A DNA stretch of 64,000 nt from the human T2T-CHM13v2.0 reference genome, Homo sapiens. Each line of letters starts with the position of its first letter. Within the stretch, counting starts at the first letter, position 1. The translations under genes and the position numbers were made by a program. Where the stretch lies: NCBI RefSeq assembly GCF_009914755.1, contig NC_060929.1. One strand, given 5' to 3'. Below, in pieces: positions 54,593 through 64,000 of the stretch. The notes below the pieces were generated by a model. The model was not told the DNA's origin. It searched no databases and worked only from the letters and a program-made list of their open reading frames with translations.

Positions 54593-56910
54593 CGGCCGTT
54601 TGTAAATTCTAGGGCTTTGTCCTGTTCCAGGCACAGAATATTATTCTATAGGAGGTCTCTGGAGTGATTTACTTGGTAAAGAATAATTGGACATGATTAT
54701 TGTTGAGAATCTTTCCCATGCAATATAAAGGGAAGTGTGGGATGGGTTTTGATTTGTTGTTGTTTCTTTCTTTTCCTGTTTTTGGCAATTTATTTTTATG
54801 TTTCTGAGGAAGCCAAAATAGAAATATTCCCTTTTTTAAGTGGAAATGTTTTTATACTGGTAGATGCAGTTATCAGTATATGATGCTTATCACTACTGAA
54901 GTCTAAAGGGGGAGGCAGGTGTGTCACAAAGATTAGCTGTGTGGTATTGCGTGACTTCAGAGTTAACTGTGTAACTATTCAGCCTCTGCCTTCATTGTTT
55001 CAGAGTATTTTAATGACTTTTCATCATTCACTGAATGTTATTAATTATGTAAATTTTAACATATTTCATTAATAGAAGTATATGAATCTCCTGTTAATAA
55101 TATACATTTCTAGCAATAGAATTATTTACTAGCTGTTATTTATTACATAGAAGAGTAGGAAATCTTAAAATGTTGATATCTAAAATTATTAATGTCATAA
55201 AAAATATTTAGTGAAAAGGCACAAATCAAAACCACAAAAAATATACGCCTTATTCCCATAATTATAGAATTACAGTTTCTCTTTCTTCTCTCTTTTTGAC
55301 TCTGTCTCTTTGTCTCCCATATGATATGTTTCCTCAACTGATGTGCATTTGATATTATCTTAAAGCCAGAAGTTCATACAAATCTAAATTTCTCTCTAAA
55401 ATAAAACTACATAAAAATTGAGCATGCTGAATAATAGTCCCATTGTCTTAATTAAATTTCACTAAATCAAAATGTTCACAGAGAGTGGGCTTGAAATAAA
55501 CACTTAAAATATACTCTATTTAAAAAAATCATTCATGCTTACTGTTAAATACCATAATGTATCATCATTTTTATATCACAGAAGCAGAGACAGAACATTT
55601 TTGTTGTTGATGTAAGAAAATGTTCAATTCTGTGAGAAATAATTATGTCAAAAGTAATTATCTGGGTTTCTGTACATTATTAACAACAGGTTTAATATTT
55701 ATTAAAAATTACAATTATCTTTCAAATATGTGATTATAATTAAATAGGAAACACAATACAACTTTCTGTTAAAATTACACTTCCTTATAAGAATATTAAT
55801 GCAGAAAAACTGGCTTTCAATATTTAATGATTTATCTCTATAATTTAAAATTCACACACAATTTTAACATATGTTTAAAAGTTTATTCAGAATACAATGA
55901 GTATTTTCCAACCAAACAAAAGATTTGAAGTTATTGGTTACTATTTCTCAGTAAAATTCAAAATATGACTTTTTTTTGGCCCTTTAGACTATATATATAT
56001 ATACATCCTATTAGAAGATATACAACCTTCTTTATATTTCAGTTAAATAAGTAGGGTTGTGTTTGCATGCAATCAGTTAATTATAACAATAACAAAGACC
56101 ACTTTGACTCTACTTATGTTAAAATGGGATTTAGTAGACTTCCTAAGTTCTTTTCTGTTATTATTTTCATTAATTTTCACTATGCTCAGCAGTATTGGTA
56201 CTGATTTGCATTCCAAAAGATAGTTTCAAATGGTATCATGGATTTAACGTGAAACATAAAAGCTAAGAAATTCAAAGTTAAGCTCATATTCGATTTTGTT
56301 ATAATCCCATTAAAACTGGGCTATTATTTTTAATTTGCATATTTTTCATTTATAATGCCCCCTAATAGGTTTGGCCTTAATGCTCAAAGAGACAGAATAA
56401 ATGCTTTAAGACTCAAGATTTTAGGGACTTTGTAGAATTCTTTCTCCATCTGTGACTCTCTTTACCCTAGCTTACTTTAAACTGTATTTACTTTGAAAAA
56501 ACAATCCTTCTTTCATTCAACAATATTCAGTGTTTATTTACTAGGTGTGGCACTTAGTTTGTTCTCGAAAATTCATAGAAAAAAATTCATAATATCTTGC
56601 CAGAAAAATTCTTACAGTGTAATTAGGAAGGCAAAAAGTGACCTCAAAAGTTAAATTTCTAGTCATAAGTACTTTGAAAAAGATACTCCTTGTAAGATGT
56701 CCAGAGAAATGACATCTAAGTTAGACTGGGGACAAGTGAAGTGAATATATTTTGAAAGTTTCTTGGAGAAGAAAAATTGACTCAAAAAGATAGTGAAGGA
56801 AAAGAACTTCCAGTTATAGAAACTCACCTTGCCTTCTGATAGATTCCTTTCCCCTCTGGTGTTCTCTCTGCAGAAGTAGCCTGCAAATGAAGGTATGGTT
56901 TCTCTTATTT

Positions 56911-57402
56911 TGAGCAAGATAGCTTTAACATTGTCCTCAGTTTGAGTAACTTTTAGACACTGACTCTAGGCTTCTAGCCTCCCTTCCCTTAGAGCATTTA
57001 CTTAAGAAAACTTTTAAATGCAAATTCTTTCCCTGCCCCTTTGAGATGTAAATCTTCTCCCAGCCTTTGGCCAGTTTTATTACCAGCTAATACCTTTCTC
57101 AAGAACCTGGGAGCCATCCTTTTGAAATGTAATACATCCAGAAAGATAGTGCCTTATCTTCCAGTCTCTCTGTAGAAGACTAATTTCAATAACCACCAAT
57201 TAGCAAACACAGAAGGTCTAAACACACTGACTAACTTCTCTATTACTATCTTCCAGTACTTTTCCACTAGATCACCCCAGGACTTGAAAATTTTCTTGAC
57301 TCTTGTTTCATCAGAGTTAGATTCAGTCTCTTTTCTCTATTGAAATAGTCACGAATAGTCTCCTTTGCCTGTTGACCTGTTGGGTGCAATTTTTCTTTAG
57401 GA
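56911..57402 (+). mobile_element. MER31-like ERV1 solo LTR
   Basis: gcccctttgagatgtaaatcttctcccagcct...ctgggagccatccttttgaaatgtaat...caattagcaaacacaga...ggtgcaatttttcttt. Confidence 0.75.
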
Positions 57403-57664
57403 GTTCCAAAGTATAATTTCCTCATGAACTAACTTCGAAGTAAATTGCATGGAGTCACTCATAATGAGAAAAATAACATGTAATTTATACAATGGATTTT
57501 GCAACTTACTGTTATTTTTGCTACCATAAGAAGTAATGAGCATCTCAGTAGCAGAAAAGCAAAAGTAAAATATAAAATATCCATTAAGATTCTCATCTAA
57601 CTTTTCACAAATTTTAACCTAAATGTGCAGCATTGATAATAATCTTAATGATGTGCAAGACTAC

Positions 57665-58023
57665 TGTCTTATTTCTTTTTGTGTTGCTATAACGGAATTC
57701 TTGAGACTGGGTAATTCATTAAAAAAAGAGAAATGTTACTTCTTGTGGTTCCGGAGCCTGGGAAGTTTGAGATCAAGGTGACACATCTGGTGAGGCCTTA
57801 TTGCGATATCATCCCATGGTAAGAGGTATCACATTGTGAGGCAGAGCAAGAGTCCTAGCTCAGGTCTCTCTTCCCCTTTGTTTATAAAGTCACAGTCCCA
57901 ACATGGAGCCCCCACTCTGATGACCTTACATAATTCTAATTACCTCCCAAAGAATCCTCCACTTAATACTAATGACGATTAAATTTCAACATAAAATTTG
58001 CAGGAAACATCCAAACCACAGCA
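57665..58023 (-). mobile_element. MST-family solo LTR
   Basis: tgtcttat...gttgctataac...catctggtgaggcc...agctcaggtctctctt...ccaaaccacagca; TSD actac/actag. Confidence 0.85.
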
Positions 58024-59039
58024 ACTAGTGTGTAATTTATGGGAATTGCTGAAAGTGCTATCAGTCTATTTTCTGTGCTATGAAAGGTCAGAATTCTCCT
58101 TAGAGGGATAAAATTTATTTAATGTGGTAATGACAGTGTAGATTCATGATAACCTCTTATAAAGGAAAACTATCTGTTTAACAAAAATGTATAATCCTAG
58201 AAGATACCTTTGGAGAGAGATACAACAATCATAATTTCAAAGATTAGTTTCTACTCTGCCATTTTCAATTATGTAACTTGTTTTTTAAAATTAATTAGTA
58301 TACTATTTATACCAACACTACTATACTGCTTTCAAAATGGATGCATAAATTTATAACAAAAGACAGCATACAGTTAAACCATTAAATTCAAGGTAAAATA
58401 GCAACACTCAAATGTCTTTTTGTGTTTATGGCTGTGCATCTATATGTGCGTATGTACAATGTAAGAAAATCATTTATAGACCACTATCAAGGGCAAAGTT
58501 CTACAAAAATGACTTTAGCATTCACTTCAGTTCTGGATTCTACTAAATCATTGTCTTATAAGTGTCAAAAATATATAATTATTTAAATGTAAAAATGTTT
58601 ACTAATGTCCCAGTGTCATTTTTCTTACATCTGTGAGCTTGTTCTTTTAAGAATTCTGCTAAATAAGCAGAGGTAGAAAAGGCACATTTGTTTAAGCTTA
58701 GACTCACTTTTAATTGCCCTACCTCATAAATCAACAACATAGCAAACTTGGAAAAGAGCTTTTTCCTTTTAACATCCATAGCCTTTATGTATTTCTGAGC
58801 AATTTCAAATGGTTAGAAAGCTGTCTGCATCAATTCATAGCTAATATGTTACCAAAGCATAATCTTGTCTTGAGAAGATATTCTCCTCCTTGAAGTTGCT
58901 CCAGGAAAAGCAAGAGAGAAACATGATATGGAGCAAACCTCCATTAGAAAATATAGACCAATATTTGTCCTTTTTAAGTTTTCATTTCTCTCCTTGACTC
59001 TTCATATAAAACTAAGGTAAATAAAAGTTACCTGTGCTA

Positions 59040-59430
<391 letters not shown>

Positions 59431-59555
59431 CTAACTTAAAGCTTCTCAGTTGTAGGGAAGTCGTTTATAGCTGTCTAAGCATGAGACATATACATTAAAT
59501 GTATTAATACTGAAAAAAATTTAAAATAGTAACGTGTAGTTAGGCAAAAAAAAAA

Positions 59556-59651
59556 AATTAAATTTATTATTTAAGGAGTGGCAAGATGTTAACTTAAATT
59601 GCTGTACATTTTGGTTAACATCTCGTCACTCCTTAAATAAAAAATTTAATT
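59556..59651. repeat. Inverted repeat: 38-bp arms with 3 mismatches, 20-nt spacer
   Basis: aattaaatttattatttaaggagtggcaagatgttaac ... gttaacatctcgtcactccttaaataaaaaatttaatt. Confidence 0.92.
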
Positions 59652-59857
59652 AATTATTTTTTACTTTTTAAATAACAATAAAACCATTCTCATAGATAAT
59701 GACTTTTAGCTCTATTTTATTCAAAATGGATATAATTGCAATCTCTTATTAAATATTTCAGTGCTAGGTGTAAATAAAATCTATCTATTTAAAATACAAC
59801 AAAATAATAAAACAATTGAGGATGAATACAGAAAATTAGGGTTATCCTGTCATTGTT

Positions 59858-62404
<2,547 letters not shown>

Positions 62405-63148
62405 TCATTGTTGACAGGAAATTTTAATACATGTTTTAACAATTCAGAAAATGGTGATGATTTAAGTAAAACTTAATTGATTAATTTAAGGCAAATTTCA
62501 ATTAACTTTTCTTTTCTATATACCATACCGTGTTTTTTTTAAGACATAGAACATATTTGTTTTCTATGTGTTCAAATTAACAGATAGCTTGGTGTTAACA
62601 AGTAAACTCAAAACTTTGTGGCTGATATTCAGTTTCATGCAAAAATATGTAATACTTTTTATATTTTATGAGAAATATTATTCAAACAATTTGATACAGA
62701 CATAATACTTGTTGATTTTTCCAACAAAATTGTAGCATTGCAAATGACTCCAGGTAGATGAAATACATAAGCTATAAAACTGAATAAGAGATGTGAAAAA
62801 TAAGTATTTTTTTCTAAAGAAAGCAACAATATATGTAAGAACATTCAACCTTAATTTTAAATTCTTTAGAGGAAAAAACAGCATTAGATCATATTTATCA
62901 ATAACATATACAGTTTAATATTACCTAGTATTCTGTGCTATTAAACCACTTTCAGTAAGCAGTTATTCATGACTCAATTGAAATGCATTCACTTTTAAAT
63001 AGATTCTCATATGAAACTCATATGAAAGTATTATAATTTGAAGTGCTTACTCAGCATACTTAGCCAGTTCTCACTACATGATTTAAATTTTAATAATTTA
63101 TGCTTGATTTATTTTTTGGCTTATCTTTTTTTTTTTCACCCTACAATT

Positions 63149-63338
63149 CAGGTTTTTTCAAACTTTATTGTGCATAAAACTTTCTAGGGAGCTTGTTAAA
63201 AATAAAGTTTTCTAGTCCCTTTCCACAGATTTTCTGATTTAGTAGGTTTGGGTCAGAACCAAAGAATCTCCATTTTTAACAAGCCTATCAGGTAATTATT
63301 ATAGATATGATTCCTGGACCACAATTTTAGTAATACGC
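63149..63338. mobile_element. MER5A/B hAT-Charlie MITE
   Basis: gggagcttgttaaaa...ttctgatttagtaggtttggg...agaatctccatttttaacaagc...caggtaatt...ggaccaca. Confidence 0.75.
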
Positions 63339-64000
63339 TTTATCGTAACTATTCATACTCATTCTTTTAAACATTTAGCTTAATTTCAAACCTGTTCTTT
63401 CTTTACATCTTTGTCTGTCTGTTTCCTCTTTGTTTCTATCTCTGCCAGTTTCTTTTTTTCTCTTCAATAAATTAAACTTGGAAGAATTGTAGCAAAACAT
63501 AAAATAATATGTTGAAGTGATTGTATAAGGATTTTTTTGCAAATTTCTACCTCAATGTCTTAAAGCCATAATGAGAACTCAAGAAATGTTATTTTAATCA
63601 TTGTAATTATGTTTTCAGCTCCCTTGGTTGCATTGTTTTAATTAAAACCTAATATTTATTACTCACAACCCTTTCATTTTGTTGTTCTGAATTAGGACTT
63701 TAAAAAAAGGACACTTTTATAATTTTATCTCCTATTTGTAAAATAGTACCTACTATAACATAAAATTACTGTATTTTATCAAACTGATGGTACCATTATT
63801 TTAGTGTATTTAGTGTATTACTAGTATGGAAACAAATACTGCAATTAAATTATACTTCAGTATGTTTTACTTATTGCATTTGAATTTTAGATACATGAAC
63901 ATTAAAAACATGCGTCTTAGAATTATGGAAACATGCTAATTTAGTAAATAATATCGTAATTGTTTCTTAAGAATTCTTTATTATTTAACTTGCAAACATG

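Overview
AT-rich, CpG-poor, repeat-dense primate (human-like) genomic DNA with no recognisable protein-coding gene, RNA gene, CpG island or CRISPR/prokaryotic system. It looks like a large intron or a gene desert. Every recognisable ORF in the track is a transposon relic (L1 ORF2, L2 RT, Alu or LTR read-through) or low-complexity noise. Contents: four young to middle-aged L1 copies plus older L1M/L2/MIR fragments; seven Alus and a FLAM; a complete THE1 MaLR provirus with a perfect CTGCA TSD; many MLT/MST/MER31 solo LTRs; an internally deleted Tigger1; MER20, MER5, MER94 and MADE1 relics; and a hAT-Charlie transposase fossil. The most unusual items are an AluY-like element with an internal 19-bp inversion plus a heterologous duplication inside one TSD pair (59040-59420), an unexplained ~96-bp near-perfect palindrome just downstream (59556-59651), several nested insertions that give a relative chronology, and a few candidate cryptic or lncRNA exons. 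I found no evidence for a novel biological system. Subfamily names come from recalled consensus motifs, not from a database search.
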